Source of the DNA: Candidatus Hydrogenedentota bacterium
Lineage (GTDB): Bacteria; Hydrogenedentota; Hydrogenedentia; Hydrogenedentales; SLHB01
Length of the DNA stretch: 64,000 nucleotides
Reading direction: 5' to 3'
Assembly (NCBI GenBank): GCA_963745075.1
Contig: CAVUWV010000021.1
Coordinates: forward strand, 32,001 to 96,000
Part shown: piece by piece, positions 49,872 to 61,169 of the stretch
How positions within the stretch are numbered: position 1 is the stretch's first letter
Layout of the letters: each line of letters starts with the position of its first letter
Program-made: the position numbers and the translations under genes
Notes under the pieces: model-generated
Told to the model about the DNA's origin: nothing
Database searches by the model: none
What the model saw: only the letters and a program-made list of their open reading frames with translations

Positions 49872-51308
49872 ATGAAACGACTGACCGTATCTATTTGCAG
49901 CGCACTCTTGATCGGCCTTGCCGCGATTTCCAGCGCTCACGCGGCCGAAACTGACGAAGTGCGGGCTTCGGTTCAGCGGGAGTCCAAGGAGGCCCGCGAC
50001 GCGCGGATGGCGTGGTGGCGCGAGGCGCGCTTCGGCATGTTCGTGCACTGGGGCTTGTACTCCGGTCTGGCAGGGACCTGGAAAGGCGAGTCCGTGGGTG
50101 ACCGTGGCGGGATGGAGTGGATTCAGCAGCGCGTCAAGGCCGACACGTGGGAGTACGCCCACGAGGCGATCCCTCAATTCCTGCCGAAGGAAGGGTTTGC
50201 CGAGGATTGGGCGCAGTTGGCGAAGGATGCGGGGTGCAAGTATGTCGTGTTCACGTCGAAGCACCACGAAGGGTTTGCGCTGCACGATTCAGCGGTGACC
50301 GACTATGACGCGCACGACCTCGTCGGGCGAGACTTGTGCAAAGAAATCGTCGACGCCGTTCGCGCGGAGGGTTTGCGGGTCGGGTTCTATCATTCCGTCA
50401 TCGACTGGCATCATCCCCAGTACGATTACGAAGCGGCGGATAAGCTCCCCCATCCTCTGCACGGACAGCCGTCGCCGAACGGGCCGCGAAATCACGCGAT
50501 CTACCTCGACTACCTCCACGACCAAGTGCGGGAACTGATGTCGAACTACGGACCCATCGACATTCTGTGGTGGGACTATTCGAAGCCCGGCAACGAAGGC
50601 GCGTTCTGGCGCGCGGATGAGTTGATGGCGATGGTCCGGGAGTTGCAGCCCGCGATTATCACCAACGACCGGCTCTATGCCATCCCGAACATCGAGAAGG
50701 ATGACTCGGTCAATCGTCTTCGCGAGTGGAAACCGGAACGCGGCGATTTCACGACCCCCGAGCAGACAGTGCCCTCCACGGGCGTGCCGGGTGTGGACTG
50801 GGAAGTCTGCATGACCATGAACACGACGTGGGGGTACTCGGAACACGACATGGCGTGGAAATCGCCGGAGACCCTGTTGCGCACCTTGATCGACATCGTA
50901 TCCAAAGGCGGCAACTACCTGTTGAACGTCGGCCCCAAGGGCGACGGCTCCATCCCCGAGGAAAGCATCACGAGCATGCACGTCATCGGCGAGTGGATGA
51001 AAGTCAACGGCGAAGCCATCTACGGCACCACCGCCAGCCCCTTCGAGCCTCCGGAGTGGGGACGCTATACGGCGAAGCCGGGTAGGCTCTACGTGCACGT
51101 CTTCGATTGGCCCGAGGATGGTGTGCTGCGCGTTCCAACTGGTGGAGTCAACGTTACGCTGGAATACTTAGTGGCGTACTTGCTTTCGGATCCGTCGAAG
51201 AGCCCGCTCGTTGCCACGGTCTCACCCGATTCCATCACGATCAACGTGCCGTCGAAAGCGCCGGATGCGATCGCATCGGTTGTCGTTTTGGAGTACAAGT
51301 CGACATGA
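49872..51308 (+). CDS. Alpha-L-fucosidase (GH29)
   Basis: FGMFVHWGLY, KHHEGF, WWD, NDR and GGNYLLNVGP motifs. Confidence 0.93.
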   Translation: MKRLTVSICSALLIGLAAISSAHAAETDEVRASVQRESKEARDARMAWWREARFGMFVHWGLYSGLAGTWKGESVGDRGGMEWIQQRVKADTWEYAHEAIPQFLPKEGFAEDWAQLAKDAGCKYVVFTSKHHEGFALHDSAVTDYDAHDLVGRDLCKEIVDAVRAEGLRVGFYHSVIDWHHPQYDYEAADKLPHPLHGQPSPNGPRNHAIYLDYLHDQVRELMSNYGPIDILWWDYSKPGNEGAFWRADELMAMVRELQPAIITNDRLYAIPNIEKDDSVNRLREWKPERGDFTTPEQTVPSTGVPGVDWEVCMTMNTTWGYSEHDMAWKSPETLLRTLIDIVSKGGNYLLNVGPKGDGSIPEESITSMHVIGEWMKVNGEAIYGTTASPFEPPEWGRYTAKPGRLYVHVFDWPEDGVLRVPTGGVNVTLEYLVAYLLSDPSKSPLVATVSPDSITINVPSKAPDAIASVVVLEYKST

Positions 51309-51382
51309 CGGGGTCTTTCACCGAGAGACGATGAAAACGGCATACACTTTTCGCAAAAAAACGTGGTCCGAAGACGGCACGA

Positions 51383-51505
51383 GTAGGACGGGAATGATTC
51401 CCGTCCCGGGAGTTCTCGTTGACCGAATCCGTCACAATACCGATGCCTGGCGGCCAAGCACGAAGTCAATCAGAAGAGACTGGACGGGAACCATTCCCGT
51501 CCTAC
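51383..51505. repeat. GTAG-type REP doublet (second family)
   Basis: GTAGGACGGGAATGATTCCCGTCC and an inverted copy with one mismatch at 51482-51505. Confidence 0.85.
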
Positions 51506-51562
51506 AAGATCGCCCCAAAACTGAGGCAATTCTTGGAGTAGACACAGTCGCAATCTACGGAG

Positions 51563-53010
51563 TTACTCGTCGCCGTGATAGTCGGGATTTGGACGGGGCA
51601 TATTGGCGTTCACGTCCTTTAGCCATTCCCGCAGTTTCCGGTGCAAGTCTCGTGTCTTGTCCGGCAACTTGCGCGCGAGATTCGTCGTCTCGCCGATGTC
51701 GTGTTCCAAATCGTAAAGTTCGAGCGAGCCGTCTTCGTACCGTTCGATGAGTTTCCAGTTTCCTTCGCGTATCGCCGCGCCGGGATCGCCACCCTGGTTC
51801 GAGAAATGGGGGTAGTGCCAGTACAAGGCATCTCGTTCAAGCTGCGCCTTCGGATCGCGCAACAACGGCGCAATGGTGATCCCATCGATGGGACCATGGG
51901 TCGGCGGAGCGTCGACGCGCGCCATCTCGCAGATGGTGGGAAAGAAATCGATACTGCACACGGGCGTGTCGCACACGCTGTTCGGGGTCGTCACGCCCGG
52001 CCATCGGACGATGCAGGGTTCCCGTACGCCGCCTTCGTAGAGATAGCCTTTTCCCCCGCGCAACGGCGAGTTGTTCGTCGCCGGCGTGTGCTTACCTTCT
52101 TTGACGGACAGGCCGCCGTTGTCGGAAAAGAAGAACACGATGGTGTCGTCGTCAATGCCGGTGCGTTTCAACGTTTCGAGCACGTTTCCGACGCTCTCAT
52201 CAATGGACTCCACCATGGCCGCGTAGATGGGATTGTCCTGTTGACCCATCTTGTCGCCCGCTTCTCCTTCTTCGCCTCATACTTTGCGATCTTGTCTTCC
52301 TTCCCTCCAAGGGGATGTGCACGGCGTAGTGGGCGAGATACAGGAAGAAGGGCCGGTCGTGTTGGATTCGATGAATTACACGCCTCATCGGTGAGACGAT
52401 CGGTGAGGTATTCCCCGTCGAAATGGCCCTCGATGGGCGGTCGGCCGTCCCATTCGGGCCAGAAGTAACTGCGCGGTGATCCGGCGTCACTGCCGCCGAC
52501 GTTCTTGTCAAATCCCTGATGTTGGGGCTAATACGGTTCGGCCCCGAGATGCCACTTGCCCACATGGCACGTGCGTGTAGCCCTGCGGTTTTCAGCGCCT
52601 CCGCGATGGTGACTTCTTCCAGGGGCAATTCATCGGCGTAGATCGCGGGCAAGGATGGGAGATCCTTCCCGGGTCCTCTTGCCTTTGAGCAAATCCGTAA
52701 GGTGCAGTCGCGCGGGATACTTGCCCGTCATGATGCTTGCGCGAGTGGGGGAACACACGGGGCAGGCGGCGTAGGCGTTGGTGAAGCGCATGCCCTCCGA
52801 GGCCAGCCGGTCGATATTCGGCGTCTCGAAGAACGTGTTGCCGAAGCATCCCACGTCGGCCCAACCCATGTCGTCGATGAGGATTATTAAAATGTTGGGC
52901 GGGCGACTTTGGCCGGGCACATCGCCGGTCGCTGCGAACGCGCGCATGACCGGATTTGCGAGACCCGCCAGACCCGCTGCCGTCAATCGCAGGAACTCTC
53001 TTCGCCGCAT
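51563..53010 (-). CDS. Tat-exported Cys-type sulfatase (several frameshifts at about 52250-52660)
   Basis: [31 protein letters not shown] and [14 protein letters not shown] spread over several frames. Confidence 0.85.
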
Positions 53011-53119
53011 CGTGCACCCCTCCTTGAAGGACTCTGCCGGTTTAGCCAAGAATAGGGGCTACTGCGGAATGATGCAACGTTCTGACGGGAAGGGCCGGGC
53101 GGTCCGTGAAGGGATTTCC

Positions 53120-54955
53120 ATGAAGACCACGCGTGTGCTCGTCGTGCTTGGGGCGTTCGTGGCGGTGATTGCTGCGGCGCCCGCTCAAAACGTACCTTCC
53201 ACTTCCGCTCCATCGGAAATGGTCGAAGAAGGTCTCACCTACGGCCACGACGACTCCCTACCTCTACCGAAGACTATTCTCTTCTCGACGAGCCCGGACG
53301 AAATCGTTGCGGACGCGGAAGAATGGTCCCGTCGAGGCATCAACGCATTCTTCATGGACTACGTGGCGCGGAACTGGTCGAGCGATATCTGGGCAGCGGA
53401 TGACAAGCCCTGGACCATCGGCGAATCGGACGAAACGTTTCAGAAAGCGAAGAACGCGAACGCCATCTGCAAACGGATCGGGTCGGAGACGTTTCTGAAG
53501 ATCGCCTTCGATCATCCTTTCGAATGGTTTAACGAAACGGCATGGCAGCAAATCGACCACAACTTTCGCCAATTCGCGATCTTCGCGCGCGACACGGGAT
53601 GCACGGGCCTCGCGCTCGACATCGAGTACATCAGCGAACAATATGCCTTCGACTGGGACGGGTACACCTATGACGGATACACGCGGGCGGACTTGGCGGA
53701 GCAAGTGCGCAAACGCATGACCCGCGTCGCCGAGATCCTCTACGACGAATTCCCGGATATGGTTTTCGTCACCTTCCCGGAAGAGGGATTCAGCCTTGGC
53801 AGCGTGATTCACGCGGCTTGGATCGAGGAAGCGGCGCGGCGCGATGCACCGGGCGGCATCCACTACTGCACGGAGTATACGTATCGCAATCCCAATATCC
53901 GGTACATGTTCGCCCATGCCTGGGCCTGCAATGAGCTATTTCAAAATCTGCTGAGCGATCGCGCCAAAGCGTACTGGGCGGAAAAGTGCTCGATCTCCGA
54001 GGGCGTCTGGCCGTTCGGATTCAACTACGAGAAGGTGCATTCGCCGGGGTTGACGGTCGAGCAGTTCCGGCAGGGCTATGCCGCATCGCTCATGGTCTCG
54101 CGCCGGTACAACTGGATCTACAGCCACAACTCGCGGCCCCAGCTCATCGGGCGCGACGTGGACCAGTACTCGGGCGAAGCCCCGCTCCAGGATTACCTCG
54201 ACATCATGGCCGAGAAGGCGATCGTGACGACGCCCAAGTACCTCAATCTCGCTCAGGAATTGCGGGGAATGACCGTGCGCGATTACTCGGGGGATCTCGG
54301 CCTCGTTCCGGCGGTTCTGATTGCGGGCCCCGACGACATCCCGAAACTAAGCCTCGTCGAGCAGGACCAATACAACGCCCAGGACATTGAGCGGGGGTGG
54401 AAACTTGGCGCGGCCTATATTGCGGGCGAGTTGCTGGATCTGCGCAAAGAGTTTGGCACGGTTACGGATTGGATGCTGATCGGTCCGTTTCCGAGTCCGC
54501 AGTTGATGGACGGTCACAATACAGAATTCCCTCCCGAACAGGGTATCGACCTTACCGCTGAATATCCGGGTGTGGAGGGAGCCGTTCACTGGCAGGCGTA
54601 TCACCAGGCGGATACCCACGCGTCGGTGGATCTGACCCGCGCGTTCAATCCAACGGAGCATGTCACCGCGTACGCGCTGTGTTACGTTCATTCGCCGTCC
54701 GAGCAGAAAGCATACGTGCGGGTCGGCACAAATGACGCGGGAAAAGTCTGGCTCGGCGACAAGCTGATTCTCGACCACGCCGCGGAGGGAACGGCGTATC
54801 TGGATCGCGACATCATCCCGGTCACGATTCCTGCGGGGACCACGCCGATCCTCGTCAAGGTAACCAACGGACAGAATGATTGGGGGTTTGTGTTCCGAAT
54901 TACGGACGAACGGGCAAAGCCGCTGGAAGGGTTGCGGTTTTCATTGAAACCTTGA
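53120..54955 (+). CDS. Secreted hypothetical protein (possible GH-like barrel plus C-terminal beta domain)
   Basis: Signal peptide; GLALDIEY; C-terminal WMLIGPF...GTNDAGKVWL...WGFVFRI module. Confidence 0.6.
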   Translation: MKTTRVLVVLGAFVAVIAAAPAQNVPSTSAPSEMVEEGLTYGHDDSLPLPKTILFSTSPDEIVADAEEWSRRGINAFFMDYVARNWSSDIWAADDKPWTIGESDETFQKAKNANAICKRIGSETFLKIAFDHPFEWFNETAWQQIDHNFRQFAIFARDTGCTGLALDIEYISEQYAFDWDGYTYDGYTRADLAEQVRKRMTRVAEILYDEFPDMVFVTFPEEGFSLGSVIHAAWIEEAARRDAPGGIHYCTEYTYRNPNIRYMFAHAWACNELFQNLLSDRAKAYWAEKCSISEGVWPFGFNYEKVHSPGLTVEQFRQGYAASLMVSRRYNWIYSHNSRPQLIGRDVDQYSGEAPLQDYLDIMAEKAIVTTPKYLNLAQELRGMTVRDYSGDLGLVPAVLIAGPDDIPKLSLVEQDQYNAQDIERGWKLGAAYIAGELLDLRKEFGTVTDWMLIGPFPSPQLMDGHNTEFPPEQGIDLTAEYPGVEGAVHWQAYHQADTHASVDLTRAFNPTEHVTAYALCYVHSPSEQKAYVRVGTNDAGKVWLGDKLILDHAAEGTAYLDRDIIPVTIPAGTTPILVKVTNGQNDWGFVFRITDERAKPLEGLRFSLKP

Positions 54956-54989
54956 GGGACAACTCGACACAAATGGGTCGACGAACCAG

Positions 54990-55158
54990 GAAGAACATCC
55001 CCCTTGATCCCCCTTCAAAGGGGGAAACTTGCGCAACGCTTCGCGTTGCGTCTTCGGCGGACCAGCGCTGGCGTACAGGGATTGTTACGACGCCCTCACC
55101 AGAAGACCGAGCTGAGCACAATTCCCCCTTTGAAGGGGGATCAAGGGGGATGTTCTTC
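54990..55158. repeat. CCCCCTT/AAGGGGG palindromic repeat element (36-bp perfect IR)
   Basis: GAAGAACATCCCCCTTGATCCCCCTTCAAAGGGGGA and its exact reverse complement at 55123-55158. Confidence 0.9.
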
Positions 55159-55223
55159 AATCCAAGCGGCCTTCAATTCGTGTATCGTTTACTGTAGAAA
55201 GCTTTACCGGGGATGACGACGTA

Positions 55224-56540
55224 ATGGAAAAACATGAATTCAATCGGCGGACGTTTCTTCAAACAAGCGCCGGCTCAGCGTTGGGACTGGCAGCGGCCGG
55301 TCTGGCCGGTTCGACGGCTGGCGCGCAGGGGGCGAAGACGGTCCGGGTCGGCGTCATCGGCACGGGCAACCGGGGCAGCGCGCATTTGCGTTTCCTCACG
55401 TTGATGCCCGATGTGGAGATCCCGGCCATCTGCGACATCCGCCAGGAGGCGATCGACGCGGGCCAGAAGATCGTGACCGATGCGGGCCGTCCGGCGCCGG
55501 AGGCGTACACGCGGGATGAATACGTCTACCAGGAAATGGTGACACGTGACGATCTTGATGCAGTCATCATCGCGACGCCGTGGAACTGGCACACCCCCAT
55601 GGCCGTGGACACGATGAAGGCGGGGAAATACGCCGGCGTGGAAGTGCCCGCGGCGATGACCGTGGAGGAATGCTGGGCGCTGGTAAACACCTCGGAAGAG
55701 ACTGGCGTCCCCTGCATGATGCTGGAGAACTGGAGTTTCCGGCGAGACAATCTCGCCGTGCTGAACATGATCCGGCAAGGCCTGCTGGGCGACGTCGTGC
55801 ATTGCCATTGTTCGTACTCCCACGACTGCCGCAGTTGGTTTTACGATCCCGATGGCAAACCCCGCTGGAGCGGCGAGTTTCTGGATCAACGCAACTGCGC
55901 ACAATACCCGACTCACGGCGAAGGCCCCGTACTGAGCTGGCTGGATATCAACTGCGGCGACGCCTATGCGACACTGGTTGCGATGGCGACAGCCTCGAAG
56001 GGTATCAACGTGTATTTCGACGAGAAATACGGACACGACCACCCCTTCGCGACACATCCCTTCAAACAGGGGGACATCGTGACCTGCCTCGTGCGTACGC
56101 ATATGGGCAAGACGATTGTAATTAACAACGACCTGTTGCTGCCGCGTCCCTACGACAACCGTTGGGCCGTGCAGGGCACACAGGGGATCTATAACGAGCA
56201 GCGGAACGCCGTGTTCATCGAAGGTCGAAGCCCACAGAGCCATCAATGGGAACCTTTCGATCCGTACCAGGCGGAATTCGACCATCCCTGGTGGAAAGAC
56301 CTGGAAGAGGCGGGCCGCAAAAGCGGTCACGACGGCACGGACTACCTGGAAGTGAAGATGTTCTTGAAGGCGGTGCGTGAAAAGACGCAGACGCCCATTA
56401 ACGTCTACGACTCGGCGACAATGAGTTGCGTCGTGCCGTTGTCAGGGACGTCTATCGCAAAAGGCGGGATGCCGGTGGAATGTCCGGACTTCACGCGCGG
56501 GAAGTGGAAGACGCGGAAACCGGCGTTTGCGGTAGTGTAG
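55224..56540 (+). CDS. Tat-exported Gfo/Idh/MocA oxidoreductase (GH109-like)
   Basis: NRRTFL, GVIGTGNRG, ATPWNWH, EVPA, MLEN, YPTHG, PRPY and GHDGTDY motifs. Confidence 0.88.
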   Translation: MEKHEFNRRTFLQTSAGSALGLAAAGLAGSTAGAQGAKTVRVGVIGTGNRGSAHLRFLTLMPDVEIPAICDIRQEAIDAGQKIVTDAGRPAPEAYTRDEYVYQEMVTRDDLDAVIIATPWNWHTPMAVDTMKAGKYAGVEVPAAMTVEECWALVNTSEETGVPCMMLENWSFRRDNLAVLNMIRQGLLGDVVHCHCSYSHDCRSWFYDPDGKPRWSGEFLDQRNCAQYPTHGEGPVLSWLDINCGDAYATLVAMATASKGINVYFDEKYGHDHPFATHPFKQGDIVTCLVRTHMGKTIVINNDLLLPRPYDNRWAVQGTQGIYNEQRNAVFIEGRSPQSHQWEPFDPYQAEFDHPWWKDLEEAGRKSGHDGTDYLEVKMFLKAVREKTQTPINVYDSATMSCVVPLSGTSIAKGGMPVECPDFTRGKWKTRKPAFAVV

Positions 56541-56545
56541 TAAGA

Positions 56546-56597
56546 TGGATTCCCGCGTGCGCGGGAATGACGGTCTGGGCGCGCACGAGAATGACGG
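56546..56597. repeat. REP-like ATTCCCGC...GCGGGAAT-GAC hairpin plus partial direct copy
   Basis: TGGATTCCCGCGTGCGCGGGAATGACGG followed by GCGCACGAGAATGACGG. Confidence 0.7.
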
Positions 56598-56669
56598 TTT
56601 GCATGTATACACATAGGTCCCAGCAGTTCCTTTCGTCCCATTGGGGAAGCGCAAAGAGGAGGAGCCATC

Positions 56670-58251
56670 GTGAATCGACGTGAGTTTATGCAGGTAGCCG
56701 GAAGTAGTCTGGCGATGGCGGCATGTCCTTCTCTGGCAAACGCGGCCACTGGCCCCGACAAGCCCGGTAAGCGTCCTAACATCCTCATCATCTTTGCGGA
56801 CGATATGGGCTTCTCGGACCTGAATTGCTATGGCTCGGAAATTCGCACGCCCAACCTCAACCGTCTCGCCGATGAAGGCATGCGATTCACGCAGTTCTAT
56901 AACGTGGCGCGGTGTTGCCCGTCGCGGGCGTCGTTGTTAACGGGGCTCTATCCTCACCAGGCGGGCATGGGCAAGATGGTCAGCAAACTGGACGCGCCTC
57001 CCGAGCCGGGCCCGTATCAAGGGTATCTGAACGACCAATGCGTGACCATCGCCGAAGTGCTGCGCGGTTCCGGCTACCGCACGTACATGTCGGGCAAGTG
57101 GCACGTGGGTGAAGCGCCCGAGCACTGGCCGCGGCAACGCGGCTTCGATCGGTACTTCGGACTCATCAGCGGCGCCAGCAGTTATTGGGAAATCCTGCAG
57201 AGCCGATCGGAACCGCATGATGGCGAAAGACGATGCCCCGTTTACGCCGGAGCCGGCAAGTTTCTACATGACCGACGCGTTCACCGATTTTGCCGTGGAA
57301 TGCCTCGACGGCCATCAGAATCGCGAGGAACCGTTCTTCCTGTACCTCGCGTACACCGCGCCGCACTGGCCGCTCCACGCCTGGCCGGAGGATATCGACC
57401 GATATCGCGGCAAGTACGACATGGGGTGGGACGAATTGCGCAAGCAGCGGTACGCGCGGCAACTCGATATGGGAATCATCGATCCGCAATGGGCCCTCTC
57501 GCCGCGCGATCCGGATGTGCCGGCATGGGACACCATTGAAGACAAGGCGCACTGGTCGCTGCTCATGAGCGTCTACGCGGCGATGGTCGACCGCATGGAC
57601 CAGGGAATCGGCCGTGTGCTGGAAACATTGCAACGCACGGGGGCCGACGAAAACACGCTGGTGTTCTTCCTTTCCGACAACGGCGGCTGCCACGAGAACG
57701 TCGAGAAACGCCAATTGGACATGCCCGGCAAGGAACCGGGCGAGCGCGGCTCATTCGTCTCGTACCAGCGTCCTTGGGCCAACGCCAGCAATACACCGTT
57801 CAGGAAGTTCAAGCACTGGATTCATGAGGGCGGCATCTCGACGCCGCTTATCGCGCGTTGGCCGGGACAGATCAAACCCGGCGGGATGACCACGCAGCCG
57901 GGCATCATCATGGACCTCATGGCGACCTGTTGCGACGTAAGTGGAACGGCCTATCCGAGTACCTTCGCAAACCGTGCGGTTCGACCGTTGATCGGCGAGA
58001 GCCTCTCCCCCATTCTTCGTGGCGGCACGCGCGAACCGCACGAATGGTTGTACTGGGAGCATTTCGGGAACAAAGGCGTGCGACACGGCGACCGCAAGCT
58101 CGTGGCGACCGATCAAGGGGAGTGGGAACTCTACGACATGAAGGCCGACCGCACGGAACTCCACGATCTCTCCGAAACCGAGAAAGACACGGCACACGCA
58201 ATGGACGCGGCCTGGAACGCGTGGGCCAAGGAGAACGGCGTTACGACGTAA
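56670..58251 (+). CDS. Tat-exported arylsulfatase (+1 frameshift near 57200)
   Basis: NRREF, DDMG, CCPSRASLLTG, GKWH, APHWPLHA and SDNG motifs. Confidence 0.9.
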
Positions 58252-60167
58252 GGGCGTGCGCCGCGATTCGCGTGACGTACTGATTGTCGTCGTGTTCTGC
58301 CTGCTCCAGCGCGGCGTGCACTTCCGGCGTGTCAACGTGCAGGTGCTCGATAGCCTCGACCGCGCGGAGCCGTACAAACCCGTTCGGGTCTTTCAGGCCA
58401 TCCAAAAAGACGGGGATGGTCTTCTCGGGACCGTCCACCTTATACAGCGTGCGCGCGGCGGCAACCCGGACAGGCATCGTGGCGTTGGCCATCGCGTTGC
58501 GAAGCGCGTCAAGCGCCTCCGGCGAACGGTCTTCGTAGTTCTCGAAGGCCATAGCGGCCCAGAATGCTACGGAACGGTCGGCTTCGCTCAAGGCTTGAAT
58601 GAGGACCGGTTCCACATCCTTGCCGACAATCCCCAAGGTCTTGATCGCCCAAAGCCGCGAGATGCGGTCGGTGCCGTTCAACTGATCGACAAGGTCATTC
58701 ACCGGCTTACCGAAAATCGAAATTTCGGAATTCGTGAGATATTCATAGGTTTGGTGGGCCGGAATGGGCGGCTCGTTGCCGCGATTCGCCAGCCACTCCT
58801 CGAGGTCGAATTCCGGAATGCACCCCAGGTCCCGGCCGCGGGCCATCCACTCATCCATCGCCCCCCGCAACCGGTTGACAATCAGACGCGTGATCCGGGA
58901 GATTGACCAAGCTGTTGAGCTCGTGGGGGTCCGCTTCGGTGTCGTATAGCTCTTCGATGGGTTTGTGGTCCCGGAAGAAGAGTTTCTCCGGCCCTTTCAG
59001 TTCCCCCGCTTTTTCGACGCGGCGCATCTCTTGCATGACGGGAAAACTCTCGGGATACGTCAGATACTGGTCGTACGGCCGTTCAGGCTCGTAGTTGCGG
59101 ATATACTTGTAGCGATGGTCCCGCGTCGCGCGGATGATGTCATAGGTTTCGTCCATACGGTCGCGCGCGGCGTAGATGTACTCACGCGGGGCCTTCTGCG
59201 CCTCGCCCAGAAACGGCAATCCCTGCATGTGGTTCGGAATTTCAACGCCTGCGATGGACAATACGGTCGGCGCAAAGTCGACGAAGCTCACCATGCGATC
59301 GGTCGACGTGCCTTCCTTCAAATGGCCGGGCCACCGCACGAGGAGCGGCACCTGGATTCCGCGGTCCCATAGCCACCGCTTCGCTTGCGGCAGTCCAACG
59401 CCGTGGTCGCCGTAGAAAAACACAACCGTGTTGTCCGCAAGCCCGTCTTCCTCCAATTGCTGGAGCACCTCGCCCGCCTGCCGATCCATGGCCGTGATCA
59501 GATCAAAATAGTGTGCCCAATGACGGCGAGTCACGGGCGTATCCGGATAGTACGGCGGCAAATCGAGCTTTGCGAGGTCGTGCGGTGGATCGACGAGAAG
59601 CTTACGTTCACCCTCGCTCATGTTCTCGGGTAAAGTCCCGATCTTGGATTCATGGGTGATCGTGAAATTGAAAACGGCAAAGAACGGCTGGTTCGGATCC
59701 GGCCGGTTTCGCCAGTGCGCGGTTTTGCTCGATACATCCCACGCCGCCTCGGGCGGCGGAAAGTTATAGTCCGTCTTGACGTTATTGGTGCAGTAATATC
59801 CCGCGTTCCGGAGGTATTCCGGGAAGCATTTGACATCTTCGGGAGGCGGATTGTTGCACCGCATGTGGCACGTGCCCAAGGTCGTCGGGTACATGCCCGT
59901 GATGAGACAAGACCGGCTCGGCGCGCAAACGCCGGCAATCGAGAACGCCAGTTCGTAGCGAAGGCCCTCGCTTGCCAGTGTATCCAGATTGGGCGTCGTG
60001 GCTCGATCGTACCCGTAGCAGCCGAGATGCGGGCTAATATCCTCGCAGGTTATCCATAGGATATTCGGCCGGGAGGCGGCGGGCGCCGACGGTGCGTTAC
60101 GCTGCGCAAACGCAGTCCCTGCCAGCACGCTTCCACTTGCCGCCCACAGAAACGATCGACGATCCAT
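58241..60167 (-). CDS. Tat-exported sulfatase with C-terminal HEAT repeats (+1 frameshift near 58885)
   Basis: DRRSFL, CAPSRS, GDHG and ARDRMDE; after the shift, HEAT-like units (LKDPNGFVRLRAVEAI). Confidence 0.85.
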
Positions 60168-60262
60168 ATTGGCTTCCTCCGATTTCCTGCATTATGAAGA
60201 ATGCAAATCGGAGTGTCCAACGGGGGTGGAAGAGAATTCGCCGAAGTATGCGGAAGCCAAGA

Positions 60263-60418
60263 GACACCACGGACAACGGAGACAAAACAAACATGGACTT
60301 CAAAGTCGGCGGCCGATTCCCGGAGCGGATTCAGCCGCGCGCGGTCGGAGTTCTGCGGCCGCAGACTTGGCCTTGTCTATCATGGTCCCTGGTTTCGCGG
60401 ATGTCCTTGCTGTCGTTG
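60263..60418. repeat. Second degenerate 9-nt periodic inverted repeat
   Basis: gacaccacg gacaacgga gacaa versus ...catggtccctg...gtccttgctgtc; shares TCATGGTCCCTG with the 47.8-kb copy. Confidence 0.5.
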
Positions 60419-60476
60419 AATTGGCCGTAGGCGAAGCGCGAGTAGATCGGGTAGCTGCTTTGGGCTGCAAGCCTCC

Positions 60477-60524
60477 CCAGAAAGAGGGAGAGCGGCGGAG
60501 CCCGTACCCGGGCAACCGCCGCTC
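60477..60524 (-). terminator. Terminator-like hairpin after the pilin gene
   Basis: GAGCGGCGG...CCGCCGCTC stem with inner GCCCG/CGGGC, followed by a pyrimidine tract on the minus strand. Confidence 0.6.
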
Positions 60525-60559
60525 AACCCCCGCTTACGCGCTGGGATTAGGAGCCTGGT

Positions 60560-61060
60560 TTAGTTCAACGGAGACGAGGCGACGCTAACCGCCGTGCCGT
60601 CCGCGGTGAAGCGAATCACGCCGGACTCGTCGACGAAGTACTGACGATAGCCCGTGCGGCCTGCCGCAGCCGGAATCGCCGTGCAGGTGTAGGCCGGCAT
60701 CGTGGCGGCCGTACCGTTGGTGACCGCAACCGTGAAGGTGTAGCCATGCTTCTGGCCATTGCCGAGAACCGAATCAATGAACGGAGGCGTAGCGCCGCCG
60801 CCATCAGGGTCGGCCAACTGGGCCAAGGTGCCGTAGTCACCCACACCGTCGGTGTCGGTGTCGGTGAAAGCGGCCGTCTGATAGGCCACTTCACCCGTCG
60901 AAATGGTGCGCATGGCGCCCGCCGCGCCCGCTTCATTCGCACTCATGCGCGAACGCAGCAGGTTCGGAATGGCGATAGCCGCGATGATCGCGATAATGGC
61001 GACCACGATCATCAACTCGATCAGCGTGAAACCGGATTTCTTCGTTGCTTTCATTCTCAT
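60560..61060 (-). CDS. Type IV pilin (class III signal peptide)
   Basis: KKSG/FTLIELMIVVAIIAIIAAIAIP; GGAGG RBS; monocistronic with its own promoter and terminator, as expected of a major pilin. Confidence 0.92.
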   Translation of the reverse strand: MRMKATKKSGFTLIELMIVVAIIAIIAAIAIPNLLRSRMSANEAGAAGAMRTISTGEVAYQTAAFTDTDTDGVGDYGTLAQLADPDGGGATPPFIDSVLGNGQKHGYTFTVAVTNGTAATMPAYTCTAIPAAAGRTGYRQYFVDESGVIRFTADGTAVSVASSPLN

Positions 61061-61152
61061 ACCCTCCAACAGACCTAACCCGTTACTTGGATTTCCCAAC
61101 ATCGGCCCCCCATAGGACCGACGTATTCCATTCAACTCTCGGCCCTTCCATA

Positions 61153-61169
61153 GGCAACCCGCGTGCCAA
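61153..61169 (-). promoter_or_regulatory. sigma54 -24/-12 promoter of the pilin gene
   Basis: Minus strand TTGGCACG-CGGG-TTGCC matches the TGGCACG-N4-TTGC consensus. Confidence 0.85.
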
